The notes: generated from the letters alone by a model not told the origin. 64,000 nucleotides of DNA from an uncultured Nitrososphaerota archaeon (GCA_963799845.1 CAWCYI010000004.1:640001-704000); one strand, 5' to 3'. Shown: positions 38,809 to 50,005, counted from the first letter of the stretch. Numbers and translations: made by a program.

Positions 38809-39828
38809 TCAAATATCGTATTGTTTGACAAGTAATTCCGCAGTTAGTAAAGCGCCACCGGCCGCACCCCGAATTGTATTGTGAGTCAGGAGGTGGTATT
38901 GCAGAGTCCTTTGGCCCGAACGCCTAACTCTACCGACGACGGTCGACATTCCCTTCCCTTCCATACGATCCAGCCTCGGCTGCGGACGATCTTGTTCTTT
39001 TCTCAAAACAATCGGTCTTTTTGGGGCGGAAGGAAGTTTGAGCTTTTGCGGCAATCCGGTGAATGATTCGAAAACACCTTCAGGATCTCTGATCGCATCT
39101 GCGCTCTCGAGGTAAACAGATTCCAGATGACCATCGATCACAGCTACCCGATTGCATGAACAGAAAATGTTGATTGAATTAGGGCTAATGGAATTCTTGG
39201 AAACATTACCGAGAAGTTTGTTAGTCTCAGCGGGCACCTTTTCTTCTTCCCCAGGAATATAGGGAATCACGTTGTCCTCGATATCGAGAGAAGGGACTCC
39301 AGGATAACCTGCGCCCGAAAGCGCCTGGAAAGAGGTCATAACGACCTTTTTTACCGAGAATGCGTCGTTGAGCGGTTTGAGGCTTATCGCGAGACCAATC
39401 GTAGTACAATTGGGCGTCGCGAGGATAAATCCAAGGTTTTTCTTCAGACGTCCTTCAACCAGTTTCAAATGGTCCGGATTTATCTCTGGAATCAGAAGCG
39501 GGACGTCCGGATCCATTCGATGTGGGGACGCGTCAGTTATTACTTTGAAACCGCTCTCAGCGAATTTCGATTCGGTCTCCCTTGCAACCGCGGTGGGGAG
39601 TGGAGAGAACACAAGGTCTGCCTCGATCTTCGAGGGATCAGAATCTTTGATCTCAATTGATCGCATGCTTGTTGGAAGATCAGGCGACACATCACCAAGT
39701 TTCATTCCCACTTTGCTGTTTCCAGTCGCCTCTGTAACTCGAAACCAAGGATGATCCTTCAGCATCTCCAAGTATTCTAGTCCGACCTTGCCTGTGGCTC
39801 CAAGCACTGCTACATCGATTCTTCTCAT
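38809..39828 (-). CDS. asd: Aspartate-semialdehyde dehydrogenase
   Basis: GATGKVG, PEINPDH, PNCTT, QALSGAGY, CNRVAVIDGH, HNTIRGAAG. Confidence 0.96.
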   Translation of the reverse strand: MRRIDVAVLGATGKVGLEYLEMLKDHPWFRVTEATGNSKVGMKLGDVSPDLPTSMRSIEIKDSDPSKIEADLVFSPLPTAVARETESKFAESGFKVITDASPHRMDPDVPLLIPEINPDHLKLVEGRLKKNLGFILATPNCTTIGLAISLKPLNDAFSVKKVVMTSFQALSGAGYPGVPSLDIEDNVIPYIPGEEEKVPAETNKLLGNVSKNSISPNSINIFCSCNRVAVIDGHLESVYLESADAIRDPEGVFESFTGLPQKLKLPSAPKRPIVLRKEQDRPQPRLDRMEGKGMSTVVGRVRRSGQRTLQYHLLTHNTIRGAAGGALLTAELLVKQYDI

Positions 39829-39988
39829 TGCATTCAGCTACCCTTTCTGATCATAATCGCTTTGGCTATCGAGGAATCCACTTTAGCGAAAATTCATTGT
39901 AAAGCTTTTCCTACTCAATTTAGGCAAGATCAAAGTTTTGTTGGAAAATCGAAATGGTTAATAGGAAATATGCGATCTGAGAACAGCC

Positions 39989-40561
39989 TTGCAATCTTCG
40001 ATCTCAAAAAGCGTGCCTGATCTGATCTTCGGGGGAATCGAGCGCGTACGAGAGATGAATCCTGATTTTCAGGAAGCCTATGACACGTACCTGCAACAGT
40101 ATGGTCGTGGAAAAATCGCTCTCAGCGAACCAGTGGATTTGACCAATTCGATTGATCCCGTCGTCCTCATTCTCGGACGAAACTGCGCCATAACGTTCAG
40201 CGATTCTACGAAGCATCTGAAAGGGAGTCAGGGTGGTCTGAGCTTTTTACTAAATGAAATCTACGTCGTCGGCAGGAGAGAACCTCAAGATTCCAAGTTA
40301 GTCGTCTGGAGTTCGAGAGGTGGAATTGAACTTGAGGAATACAACTCGATGGTGGATACAATACCATCGAGGGTCCATGGTGTCTTCGCTAACCTAGCAG
40401 ATGGTAGGACCCTGTATGCCGACTTGGGAAGCTCGGCCGGCTCCATAATTGTAGGTCAATCACGCGAACTTGGAGGAGCTTTCGTCAGGATATACGATCC
40501 GGGTTCGAAGGAATCGCCGACAATTAGGTCGGACCGGATATTCACTTCCAGAAGAACCTAA
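39989..40561 (+). CDS. FHA-like domain protein
   Basis: VVGRR ... PSRVHG ... YADLGSSAGS match FHA signatures GR, SRxH, DLGSxNGT, with Asn replaced. Confidence 0.6.
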   Translation: MQSSISKSVPDLIFGGIERVREMNPDFQEAYDTYLQQYGRGKIALSEPVDLTNSIDPVVLILGRNCAITFSDSTKHLKGSQGGLSFLLNEIYVVGRREPQDSKLVVWSSRGGIELEEYNSMVDTIPSRVHGVFANLADGRTLYADLGSSAGSIIVGQSRELGGAFVRIYDPGSKESPTIRSDRIFTSRRT

Positions 40562-40580
40562 GCAGAGTAAGAAACTACAC

Positions 40581-41765
40581 TCACGAAGCGTCAAGTGCGT
40601 CTTTGAATTCTGCTTCTGTCGAATCGTAAGGTTCGATTCCGACCGATACTCTGATCATCGCATCCGTAATTCCCGATCCTCGTTTTTGTTCCTGCGTTAG
40701 ACTACGATGTGAAGTCTTGCCGGGGTGGGAAATTGCCGTGTGTACCCCGCCGAGAGAAGGGGTCAGGGTTACGGTTTTCAACGACTTGACGAATCTGCTT
40801 GCACTTATAAGCCCCCCAATCAAATCAAAGGACAGCATTCCTCCGAAAATTCCATCCTCGAAAATTCTCCTCGCCAGTTCGTGCTGCGGGTGAGAACGTA
40901 GTCCCGGATAGTACACCTTCGAGATCTTATCCGATCTCGATTCTAGATAATTCGCAAGCCTGATTGCGTTATTGCTAGACTGTCTCACTCTAACTTCCCA
41001 TGTCGAAGCACTTCGAGTTGCGAGCCAGCAGTCAAATGGCCCTGCGATAACTCCCGATCTCGTGCAAAATTGCGAAGCCCGCGACATCAAATTAGACGTG
41101 CCGCACAAGATTCCGATAGTAAGATCATCATGACCTCCCAAATATTTAGTTCCGCTGTGCATTACGATGTCGGCTCCAAACTGCGAAGGTCTGACGACAA
41201 ATGGAGTGGCGAATGTGTTATCGACAAGAAGGACCGATCCCGCTTTGCGTGAAATCTCGGCGATTCTCGGAATATCGCACACCTTCATTGTTGGATTGGA
41301 AATTGTTTCTACAAGCACCATCTTCGTGTTCGTTTCGATAGCTTGCTCCAGTTCTTCAATCGACGTAGAATCTACAAATGAGCTCTTTATTCCAAGCCTT
41401 GGAAATTCATCTTTCAGAAGCGAGGATGTCCCGCCGTACAAATCCTTCGAAGCAACAACACGGTCACCCACTCCTAATGATGAGAGAATTGCAACAGCCA
41501 GAGCGCCCATCCCGGAGGAACAGACAACTCCTGCATCTGTTCTCTCGTAATCAGCTACGAGCTGCCCGAGCTCTTTGGAGTTCGGAAGTCCGTTTCTGGA
41601 GTAGAGGAATCCATCGGGAATCCTGCCTTCGTAAAAATCATCGAGCGATTCCAGATCTGGGTAATCGTAAACTGAAGTCTGAAAGATCGGTGTGGAATGT
41701 GGCTTTACGTTATCCCAGATTTTTCTTTCTTTCTTTGATTTCTCCTTACTTCGGATCGCCGGCAT
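40581..41765 (-). CDS. Cys/Met metabolism PLP enzyme (cystathionine gamma-synthase/lyase family)
   Basis: PIFQTS, YSRNG, SSGMGA, ETISNP, DNTFATP, HSGTKYLGGH, SLGG, RVSVGIE. Confidence 0.93.
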   Translation of the reverse strand: MPAIRSKEKSKKERKIWDNVKPHSTPIFQTSVYDYPDLESLDDFYEGRIPDGFLYSRNGLPNSKELGQLVADYERTDAGVVCSSGMGALAVAILSSLGVGDRVVASKDLYGGTSSLLKDEFPRLGIKSSFVDSTSIEELEQAIETNTKMVLVETISNPTMKVCDIPRIAEISRKAGSVLLVDNTFATPFVVRPSQFGADIVMHSGTKYLGGHDDLTIGILCGTSNLMSRASQFCTRSGVIAGPFDCWLATRSASTWEVRVRQSSNNAIRLANYLESRSDKISKVYYPGLRSHPQHELARRIFEDGIFGGMLSFDLIGGLISASRFVKSLKTVTLTPSLGGVHTAISHPGKTSHRSLTQEQKRGSGITDAMIRVSVGIEPYDSTEAEFKDALDAS

Positions 41766-41986
41766 TGTCTATAGGTTTGAAAACATCCAGCATAGCTTGA
41801 TAAAGTTCTATCTAGTTATCGGCAGTTCATCAGCATAAACCCGGCTCAAGCTGGCAGAGACTGATCAAATTGTTATTCCTTTCGTGGATTTTGCTGTTTT
41901 GATGCGAGCGTCGCAGTAAAGTCAAGAACACTGGTGCGAGTTATGCTCGCACACATCAACTTCTTCCAGATTATAGCGCCATAAGA

Positions 41987-42634
41987 TCAGAAGTTTCTGA
42001 TGATACTAATTTCGCCTTTTTCATACACTGTCTTCATCTGAAATTTCTTTCGTAACTCTTCGGACAGTTTCTTGTTATGTACTTCGATTACTGAGTGCTT
42101 GTCAATAGAGGTCAAATTCAAAAGCTGTTCCTCGCAACCCTCACAATCCATCTTGAGAAAATCGTAACTGTAAGAAATTCTTGCGAGAGAAAAGTATTCA
42201 TTCAAGAGCTCTACGTTCCAGCCGTTGACCCTAGAATTTTCGCTGAGAATTTCGAAGGCTTTCTTATCGGGCTCGATAGAGATAACTTTACTGGCTCCGT
42301 TCTTGAGGAAAAAATAAGCAGTTTCGCCGCAGCCTGCTCCTACATCTAGAACAACTTGACCTTTGATTCCCTTCCTATGGTCGGGAGGCAGATACCATTT
42401 CTTCCATTTCGTGTACTCGGAAAGAAACATCTGGCGGTATCCAGAAAGTAGCTTGATCTTCGACCCGTTGATCTTCAGCACGCTTAGTTCGTCGCTATCC
42501 TCAAGCAACTTCCAGCTTCTTGCCGTCCACAACAGCCCAACAAACTCGTGGGGCCAGAATTCTGCCTCGTGAATTACTATAAACGGAATATGTCTGCGTT
42601 TAGACAGTCTAATTGATACTCCTCTCGGAATCAA
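41987..42634 (-). CDS. FkbM-like SAM-dependent methyltransferase
   Basis: VLDVGAGCGET, VISIEPD, LKMDCEGCE. Confidence 0.82.
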   Translation of the reverse strand: MIPRGVSIRLSKRRHIPFIVIHEAEFWPHEFVGLLWTARSWKLLEDSDELSVLKINGSKIKLLSGYRQMFLSEYTKWKKWYLPPDHRKGIKGQVVLDVGAGCGETAYFFLKNGASKVISIEPDKKAFEILSENSRVNGWNVELLNEYFSLARISYSYDFLKMDCEGCEEQLLNLTSIDKHSVIEVHNKKLSEELRKKFQMKTVYEKGEISIIRNF

Positions 42635-42641
42635 AGTTGGG

Positions 42642-43070
42642 TCAGTGTTCTCGGTATGACATTATGTCGATTGACTTGATCGGCTTCACTTTGATGAGTA
42701 TCCGAGGGAATCGCATCAACGAATCATACTGGTCTTTGACGCTTTCCTTGTCGACATATTTTCTAACAATTTGCAGCGTTATCCCTTTGATATTTTGCTT
42801 CGTAAGGACCGCTTCTCCCTCGACGATAACACCTTCGTAGGGTAAATTGTCAGAGTCGATCACTAGGGCTACATTTGGATTTTTCTTGATTGCTCTAACC
42901 TTCAATCTGTCCTCCGCCGTCGAAATCCAGAAATGATTTCTTGACCACAGATACCAGACAGAAGAGATGTGCGGCTTTCCATCCAGAACAACAGCAAGTC
43001 TCAGCAGCTTGGGAGGGTCACGGATAAGAAAATCCTCCGTTGCCTTATCCTTCAGATTTACCTTGACCAA
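42642..43070 (-). CDS. Pyridoxamine 5'-phosphate oxidase-like (flavin/F420-binding) protein
   Basis: DGKPHISSVWY, KVRAIKKNPNVALVID, VIVEGEA. Confidence 0.85.
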   Translation of the reverse strand: MVKVNLKDKATEDFLIRDPPKLLRLAVVLDGKPHISSVWYLWSRNHFWISTAEDRLKVRAIKKNPNVALVIDSDNLPYEGVIVEGEAVLTKQNIKGITLQIVRKYVDKESVKDQYDSLMRFPRILIKVKPIKSIDIMSYREH

Positions 43071-43158
43071 TTTTATTCCGTCGCTTGCCGTCGGCCTTGC
43101 TTGCCGATTTCATGCATTCAATAACCATTGTAGCCGAAACTGGGGGAACTTTCTTCAT

Positions 43159-43398
43159 CTATTCCTTCTTGGACTGATCTTTGGGTTTTGAACCAATTCT
43201 TGTCATAATGACGCTAACCTGATATCGCTCGCCATTATCAAGCGGAATTTTATCACTCCCATAGAATCCATCGCTGCCGGATGAGAACTTCTTAAACGAT
43301 AACGGTATTTCCCTTAAAATTCTCTTCTCGCTGTTTGCGTCCTCCTCAAATACAACACGTATTCTTCTTTTCTTGCCTTGTTTGTCTTCTTCTGACAT
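43159..43398 (-). CDS. Small basic conserved-looking hypothetical protein
   Basis: KFSSGSDGFYGSDK..GERYQVSV..IGSKP; ATG at 43398. Confidence 0.6.
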   Translation of the reverse strand: MSEEDKQGKKRRIRVVFEEDANSEKRILREIPLSFKKFSSGSDGFYGSDKIPLDNGERYQVSVIMTRIGSKPKDQSKKE

Positions 43399-43797
43399 TG
43401 TTGATTTTTTACACACCCGATACGAATTATTTTCAACAGGAACCTAACGGGGACTAAAAATCTTTCATTTTGTTTGTTCTCTGATCCAGATGGCACGAAG
43501 AAAAAGTTTTGATCTTAAAGCAGAGTTTGACTATTCAAATGTGGATTACATTATCCGATTGAAGAATCTCGAGGTCTTGGAATGCTCAAAGATGATTCCA
43601 TCCACTCTGCAGTTCGGGGCGGTCCTATTTTCTCAAAATGCCTTGAATGTAGGCATCGGACCAAATGCCCGATTCATTTAGACACCCATCTTTGAACAGA
43701 TTTCTCTCAGTGATTTCAGGAAAAGAACATTAACCAACAAAGATTTTGGTAGTGGCTTGACAGCAGTTCCTTTCGCTTTTTGAATGTGTGGATCTTT

Positions 43798-44649
43798 GTG
43801 ATTTCAGATTACTGGTGCTGCATCGTAACCAGAGATGGAGCAGAAACCATCGGGGCCACAATCGACTCGATTATCTCTCAAACCGCATCCCCCAGATACA
43901 TAGTGGTCGTAAACGACGGTTCTACCGACAACACCGAAAAAATCTTAGTTGCAAAATCGAGCGTATTTCCTGGTATCCACACGGTTAACACTGGATCTAG
44001 AACGAGGGACATCCGAAGGGTTCCAAGGCTCTTGAATCTTGGATTAGATTTTTCAAAGAATAGAGAATTGCCAAGAACTCGCTATATGATGGTCTCAGGG
44101 GACGACAACAAGCTTTCAGTGAATTACTCCGAAAAAATGATGGAAAGAATGGACGAAGACCCGAAGCTCGTTGTTGCTTCAGGCGACTGGCTGTCATCGC
44201 GTGGAAGAAGGGGAGATCAGATGCCACACGGCGGGGGAAGGTTCGTCAAGACATCCTACATTGAGAGAATAGGGGGTAGGTATCCAGTCGCATACGGGTG
44301 GGAGACATGGCTGCTTTACAAGGCAATGCAGCTAGGCTATAGGGTGAAACTCTTCCCCGATCTCAGATATGAGCACCTGCGTCCCTTTCGCCCCAAAAAC
44401 CTCCTGGGCTGGGGCAGGGCTATGTACAGCCTGGGCTTCCCAACCTACTTTGTACTTTTGAGGTTCCTGATCAACTTCTTCTACTCAGGCAGGGGAACTC
44501 AGACAAGGGAGGCCGCCGTAACAATGCTCGCCGGGTTTATGTCGGCAAAAATAAACCCCGAAGCTCTCAGCGACATGTTAATCGAAGACAAGGGACTCAA
44601 AACCTTTGTAAGGTACTTTTGCACGTCGAGGCTGACCAGACTCATTTGA
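43798..44649 (+). CDS. Glycosyltransferase family 2
   Basis: TIDSIISQT, VVVNDGSTDNT, SGDD, YGWETW. Confidence 0.85.
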   Translation: MISDYWCCIVTRDGAETIGATIDSIISQTASPRYIVVVNDGSTDNTEKILVAKSSVFPGIHTVNTGSRTRDIRRVPRLLNLGLDFSKNRELPRTRYMMVSGDDNKLSVNYSEKMMERMDEDPKLVVASGDWLSSRGRRGDQMPHGGGRFVKTSYIERIGGRYPVAYGWETWLLYKAMQLGYRVKLFPDLRYEHLRPFRPKNLLGWGRAMYSLGFPTYFVLLRFLINFFYSGRGTQTREAAVTMLAGFMSAKINPEALSDMLIEDKGLKTFVRYFCTSRLTRLI

Positions 44650-45284
44650 TAAACTACAAACGCTTCCTCATGCTCGCTCCCCATACGGACGACGTGGAGC
44701 TCGGATGCGGCGGTACAATTGCCAGATTCTTGGAAGATAATTCAGACATTTACGTGGTGGTTTTTTCAACCGCAGAAAAATCGGTCCCAAAGGGTTTCCC
44801 GACAACCGCGATCAAGGACGAATTCTATCGTGCAATGTCGATTCTGGGTGTCAAAGAAGAGAATCTGATCGTTTTCAATTACGAAGTCAGGACTCTTTCC
44901 TACCATCGCCAGGAAGTGCTCGACGAGCTGATATCGCTCCGAAAAACAATCAAGCCAGACATGGTTTTTCTTCCATCCGGAGAAGATCTCCACCAGGACC
45001 ACCAGACGGTTTTCCACGAAGGCTTGCGTGCCTTCAAAGAAATAACTCTCTGGGGATACGAGCTCCCCTGGAACACTATAACTTTCCCTACGAGAGGGTT
45101 TGTCACTCTTGAGGAAAGGCACATCATGAAAAAGTGGAAGGCGCTTCAAGCCTACAGAACCCAGTTTGCCGCAAAGAGGCCGTATTTCACGCTCGACTAT
45201 GTCAAAGGTCTCGCCAAGGTGCGAGGTATCCAGGTGAAGGCGAAATACGCTGAAGCCTTCGATACAATAAGGACGAAGTGGTGA
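44646..45284 (+). CDS. PIG-L / LmbE family deacetylase
   Basis: APHTDDVELGCGGTI, DLHQDH, YRTQ, YAEAF. Confidence 0.9.
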   Translation: MINYKRFLMLAPHTDDVELGCGGTIARFLEDNSDIYVVVFSTAEKSVPKGFPTTAIKDEFYRAMSILGVKEENLIVFNYEVRTLSYHRQEVLDELISLRKTIKPDMVFLPSGEDLHQDHQTVFHEGLRAFKEITLWGYELPWNTITFPTRGFVTLEERHIMKKWKALQAYRTQFAAKRPYFTLDYVKGLAKVRGIQVKAKYAEAFDTIRTKW

Positions 45285-46366
45285 AATTCAAATTTCTCTC
45301 CCTAACGTCCTAAATGTTCTCCTGACCGGAATTGGCGCGCCCGGAACTAGAGGTACTCTCTACGCTCTGAGACAAAACGTCGATGGCATGAAAATCAAAG
45401 TAACAGGAGTAGATTTGAAGCATGATGTAATCGGAAAGTACTGGGTCGACAAGTTTCGCGTCGTCCCAGCCCCAGAGGATGATGATTACGTAGACAGAAT
45501 TAACGAGATCTGCTCAAATGACGACATCGACGTTGTAATTGCCCAGACAACTCGTGAAACGGCGAAACTTTCCAAGACCTCCGAGGAGATCGATGCCGAA
45601 GTGGTCGTCTCAAGCGCGTCTGCGGTTGAACGAGCGAACAACAAGTACCGAGCTTTTGAAAGTATGCAAGGAACTAGACGTTCCAATACCGGAATCTCAT
45701 CTAATTAGATCCAATGAAGGCTTGATCCAAGCCGCAAGAGAGTTAGGTTACCCTTCGAAAGCGGTGGTCGTAAAACCACCGGTGAGCTTTGGGAGCCGAG
45801 GGTTTAGAGTACTTCGAGAGGGTACTTCTTGGACTACCAAGAAGTTTCTAACTGAAAAACCGAACGCAACCGATATCACTCTTGATGATCTGATTGAGAT
45901 CTTGTCGCGAGACGATCAGAGTGGTTTTCCCGAACTGATGGTCTCGGAGTATCTCCCCGGAAGCGAATATTCGGTCGACGCTTTCATGGGCAAGAAAGTG
46001 GCGGTAGCGATTCCAAGGCTGAGGAAGGAAGTAGTGAACGGGATCAGTTTCAGGACTTCTCTGGATTACAGAAAAGACATCATGGAAAACACGCTAAAGA
46101 CGGCAAGAGAGCTTGGTCTCAGTTATGCTTTCGGTTTCCAGTTCAAGCTGGACGAAGAGGGCGTGCCAAAAGTGCTTGAATGCAACCCACGTGTGCAAGG
46201 CACGATGGTGGCCAGTCTTTTCAGCGGGGTGAATGTAATCTGGATGTCCGTGAGAGAGGCGATTCATCAACCAATAGACAGCATCCCAAAGACACTCCAA
46301 AAGTCAGAGTTCTACAGGTACTGGGGAGGGGTCTCTGTTACAGATTCAGAAACGCGGGAAATATGA
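45281..46366 (+). CDS. ATP-grasp (carbamoyl-phosphate-synthase-like) protein; indel near 45648, start region uncertain
   Basis: NVLLTGIGAPG from 45313, NK(Y)EL, VVKPPVSFGSRG, SEYLPGSEYSVD, LECNPRVQG. Confidence 0.8.
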
Positions 46367-46541
46367 CGCTGCCATCGACATAATTTATCCTCCTTCCTGC
46401 TTGGCAGCTTTCACTACAGAAGGTTCGAATAAACCAATATACTCGCAATTGAAGTAGCTGACTACGGTTCGAAGTTGGAGGGAATGAGGCGTTTCTGGCT
46501 CCGCTGGTTCCGAAGTCGCTAGGCAATCAGTCAAATCAAGT

Positions 46542-48072
46542 GTGATTCTGCTTGCTGGATCATTCATTTCCAATCTTCTGCTACTGCTAAACGTTCTAAT
46601 CGTCGCCCGTCTTCTGGGTCATGATCTATACGGGGAGTACACCCTTTCCATCTCTCCAGCAACAATTTTTATTCTCTTTTCAGGCCTGGGCGTCAACACT
46701 GCCATAACTAGATTCGCGGCGTACCACCTCTCTCGCGGAGAAGTAGAAGAAGCAAAGAGAAAAACAACCAACGGAATAAGGTTCCTATTGCTTTTGGGCG
46801 CAGCACTTACCGCCGCTTGTTATCTCTCTGCCCCGTTCATTGCTAACACAATTTTCCACAGACCCTTGCTAGAACCAGACATTCGTCTCTCCTCGCTTGC
46901 GGTGATCGGCCAAATAGCATTGCAGTGCGGAATTGCATCTTTGGTGGGCTGGTCCCTACCGAAACAAGCCGGAGCAACCTACATAATCCAAGGAGCGGTC
47001 AAGGTCGGCCTGGCTCCTGCCCTAATTTTGTTGGGGTTTGGGATCTTCGGAGCAGTTTCGGCTCAGGTATCAAGTCTATTGGCCGCGGCTTGCTATGCGA
47101 TAGTTGGATTATATTTTGTCAAGCTCGGTGGCGTAAAGCAAGCAGCTGGATTCAGAAATTTCCTATTAGATGTGAAGGGTTTAATCAGGTACGGTTTACC
47201 TTCAGAGATAGGGCAGTACTTTTCGAATTTCGCGAGTCAGAACTTCGTAACTATTGTACTGGGTGTGTTTACTTCAAATGCTACCGTTGGATACTTTCAA
47301 GCTGCTACAGGAGTCACTGCCATCATCTCCATAATCTCAACTTCCCTCAGCTCTTTCCCTGTTCGCTGGATTTTCCAGCCTTCACGGCCAGAATAAGGAT
47401 ACCGGACTCGCATTTGTTTATGCAGTGAAGTACGTTGCATATGTAGGGGCACCCTTCGTTTTCTTTCTCATTGCCGCGGCAGGTCCAATCATCCGAGTAG
47501 TGTTCGGAACCGGTTACGTCTCGGCTGCTCCTCTGCTTGCTCTTATTTCCTTCTCGAACATCCCGATGATAATTGGGCAATCAGTTTTCGTGCCGTACTT
47601 TAACGGAATCGGAAAAACGAGATTTACCATGTATGCGCTTATAGCCGATGGCTTGGCAGCGCTTGTCCTCGCACCGATACTGGGAATGTATTATGGAGCC
47701 TACGGAGTAACATTTGCACTCCTTGGATCAAATCTCGCTTCAGGAGTTGTAGCTTTATACCTCGCAAAGAAATATCTTAACACAAAGATAGATTATAGAT
47801 CGAGTTTTCTCGCTCTCAGTGCTTCAATAATATGTGCTGGGATCGCCTACGCTTCGGGCCTTCTGAATTCATCCAGTTCGCTAATTCCCAGTTTGATAAT
47901 TCTGGTCATCCAATTTATCGTATTCTTTGGACTTTACCTTTTGCTCGCTCCGCTATTTTCAGTAGTTAAGAAGGATGATATTGTCAGACTGAGCGCGGCA
48001 ACAAAAGGGATGGGCATTTTTAGCAAATTGTTTCGGATCTTGCTACAGATTGAGGATAAGCTCGCAAGATGA
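46542..48072 (+). CDS. Polysaccharide/oligosaccharide flippase (MOP family); frameshift near 47356
   Basis: ARLLGHDLYGEY, GLGVNTAITRF, VGYFQAA; second ORF continues the TM pattern; removing one T joins them. Confidence 0.85.
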
Positions 48073-48284
48073 TTCTTCACTTTCGTCATATACGTTTTCG
48101 AGATTTGAGGATGATTCTCTTCGGCATGTTTGTAAGAAATCCCGCAGATATTCTCGGATTCGAACAAGGGCTGTTAACCTTCTCGGACTATCTCAATCTA
48201 AATTTCTTCCGAAGGCAGTAACGCCTGCCCTCAAGTCTGCTACAAACTTGAAATAGGCGAAATTCGATTTAGGTAAAATATCCA

Positions 48285-49232
48285 TTGCCCACAAAAGTGC
48301 TCTTGACCGGTACCACTGGCTTTATTGGCTCCCATCTGGCTCCTCGACTACAGGAACTAAACTATGATGTTTACTCGCTCGAGAGGTACGTGACTGGAAG
48401 ACCGAGTTCAAATCACGGCTTCAAAACGGTCTTCGCTGATCTCCGTGATTACTTTCAAGTGCAACGAGCCGTCAAAGAAACCTCAGCGGAAATCATCATC
48501 CACCTCGCGTCTATATCTCCAGTGAGCTACAGCTACGAGAATCCGTTTGAAGTGCAGGAGACAAATTATATGGGTTCGGTTTTTCTTGCCGAAGCTGCGC
48601 TGCGCAATCTGCCGCTGCTCAAGCAGTTCATATTCGCCTCAACTTCTGAGACTTACGGAAATACTCAGACTCCGATGAGTGAAGAAAAAGTGCAGTTCCC
48701 CAATTCTCCATACTCGGTCTCAAAGGTCGCGGCGGAAAAGTACCTGTTCTATCTCAATCATGCTTACAAATTCCCGGCTACGATCCTGAGGCCGTTCAAC
48801 ACTTACGGCAGAAAGAAGGATACGCACTTTTTTATCGAGAAGACAATCACGCAGATGCTTCAATCTGACGTGGTTAAACTGGGCAATCCTGATGCAGTTC
48901 GAGACTTTTTGTATATTGATGACCACATTCAGGGTTACCTCGCAGCTCTTGAAAATCAGGATTCAATCGGTGAGGCGATCAACCTGTGTACTGGAAAGCC
49001 GTACAGCTTAGCGGACGTGATAAAACTTGCAAAGGAAATTACGGGGTTCAACGGAAAAATTCAATGGAGAACGATTCCAGAGAGGCCGCTTGACATCAAG
49101 GAGCTCTGGGGAACAAATGCGAAGGCGAAACGAATCCTCAACTGGTCACCCAGTGTAACTCTTGAGCAAGGGCTGAAACTAACCGCGGAATATTGGAAAA
49201 AGGCCGTGGTCTCAGAGGTCGCCAAGTCTTGA
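48285..49232 (+). CDS. NAD-dependent nucleotide-sugar epimerase/dehydratase
   Basis: TGTTGFIGSHL, HLAS, STSETYG, YSVSK, RPFNTYG, RDFLYIDD. Confidence 0.93.
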   Translation: MPTKVLLTGTTGFIGSHLAPRLQELNYDVYSLERYVTGRPSSNHGFKTVFADLRDYFQVQRAVKETSAEIIIHLASISPVSYSYENPFEVQETNYMGSVFLAEAALRNLPLLKQFIFASTSETYGNTQTPMSEEKVQFPNSPYSVSKVAAEKYLFYLNHAYKFPATILRPFNTYGRKKDTHFFIEKTITQMLQSDVVKLGNPDAVRDFLYIDDHIQGYLAALENQDSIGEAINLCTGKPYSLADVIKLAKEITGFNGKIQWRTIPERPLDIKELWGTNAKAKRILNWSPSVTLEQGLKLTAEYWKKAVVSEVAKS

Positions 49233-49972
49233 CCGAGCGAAAGCTCGATGTGCTGATAGTAACAAAGAATCCGGAGTTATCCGAGAAATTTCATTCGATG
49301 ATCAACGAGTCGGAGATCCCCACAAATCGGATCATCGTCGAGACCTCGAAGCCTCTGGGACCGGCAAGAGATCGAGCAATCCAGAAGGTTACAACGGAGC
49401 GATTCGTATGGCTTGATGATGATGTCTGGCTGCCCAAAGGCTGGTACTCTAGTCTGATGAAATATTGGACTTCCGAAAAGATCGGTTGGCTGGAGGGCCT
49501 CGCATTGCCGAGCTCGCCAAAATGGTACGCTGATTGGTCCAATTACACTTTCGAAAAGAACCAGCGCACCGTTCAAAAACTGGGCTACAACGAGCGAAGC
49601 TTTAACTGCTGCGCGGTTGTGGTGACTGAGGCCCTGAGCGACTGGCATTATCCTCAAGGCCCCTATCTCGGTTTCGGTTCAGAAGATTTACTGATGAGTA
49701 ATCACGTTACGCGGAAGGGTTACGAAAGATGGAGAGTTCCGTTGAGGGCAGAACACAGGTTAAACTACACTGGTTCGATTTGGAATCACATTTCAAGCGG
49801 ATCGAAGGGACTAGGTAGTCTCAAGGAAAACCATAAGCTGAGCATCGGGATGAAATACGCCGTAACGTGCCTCGGCTCCGGGTGTCTAGCAGCGGTCCAC
49901 ACGAAAAATCCTGAGATTATCCCAAACGCTCTTCACTGGTCGTGGTGCTGGTTCAGAGATCTGGCTTTGTGA
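49229..49972 (+). CDS. GT-A fold glycosyltransferase (GT2-like)
   Basis: LGPARDRAI, FVWLDDDV, GSED; TTG overlaps the upstream stop. Confidence 0.75.
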   Translation: MTERKLDVLIVTKNPELSEKFHSMINESEIPTNRIIVETSKPLGPARDRAIQKVTTERFVWLDDDVWLPKGWYSSLMKYWTSEKIGWLEGLALPSSPKWYADWSNYTFEKNQRTVQKLGYNERSFNCCAVVVTEALSDWHYPQGPYLGFGSEDLLMSNHVTRKGYERWRVPLRAEHRLNYTGSIWNHISSGSKGLGSLKENHKLSIGMKYAVTCLGSGCLAAVHTKNPEIIPNALHWSWCWFRDLAL

Positions 49973-50005
49973 GTTTCAAAGCAATTCTTTCTGTTAGATT
50001 ACACT

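Noticed and set aside
43490-43780. ORF 43490-43681 and a minus-strand stretch LFKDG...WSDAYIQGILRK resembling a GNAT C-terminus
   Set aside because: Too short and weak to support either a gene or a pseudogene call
7960-47360. Frameshifts near 7965, 8307, 10970, 32985, 45648 and 47356 as programmed frameshifting or real pseudogenes
   Set aside because: Single-base indels, mostly in short homopolymer or dinucleotide runs, in otherwise intact and unrelated genes with no slippery heptamer; most simply explained as long-read consensus errors (needs read-level check)
48140-48185. GGATTCGAAC (reverse T-loop motif) suggesting a tRNA
   Set aside because: Flanks do not form a T-stem or acceptor stem
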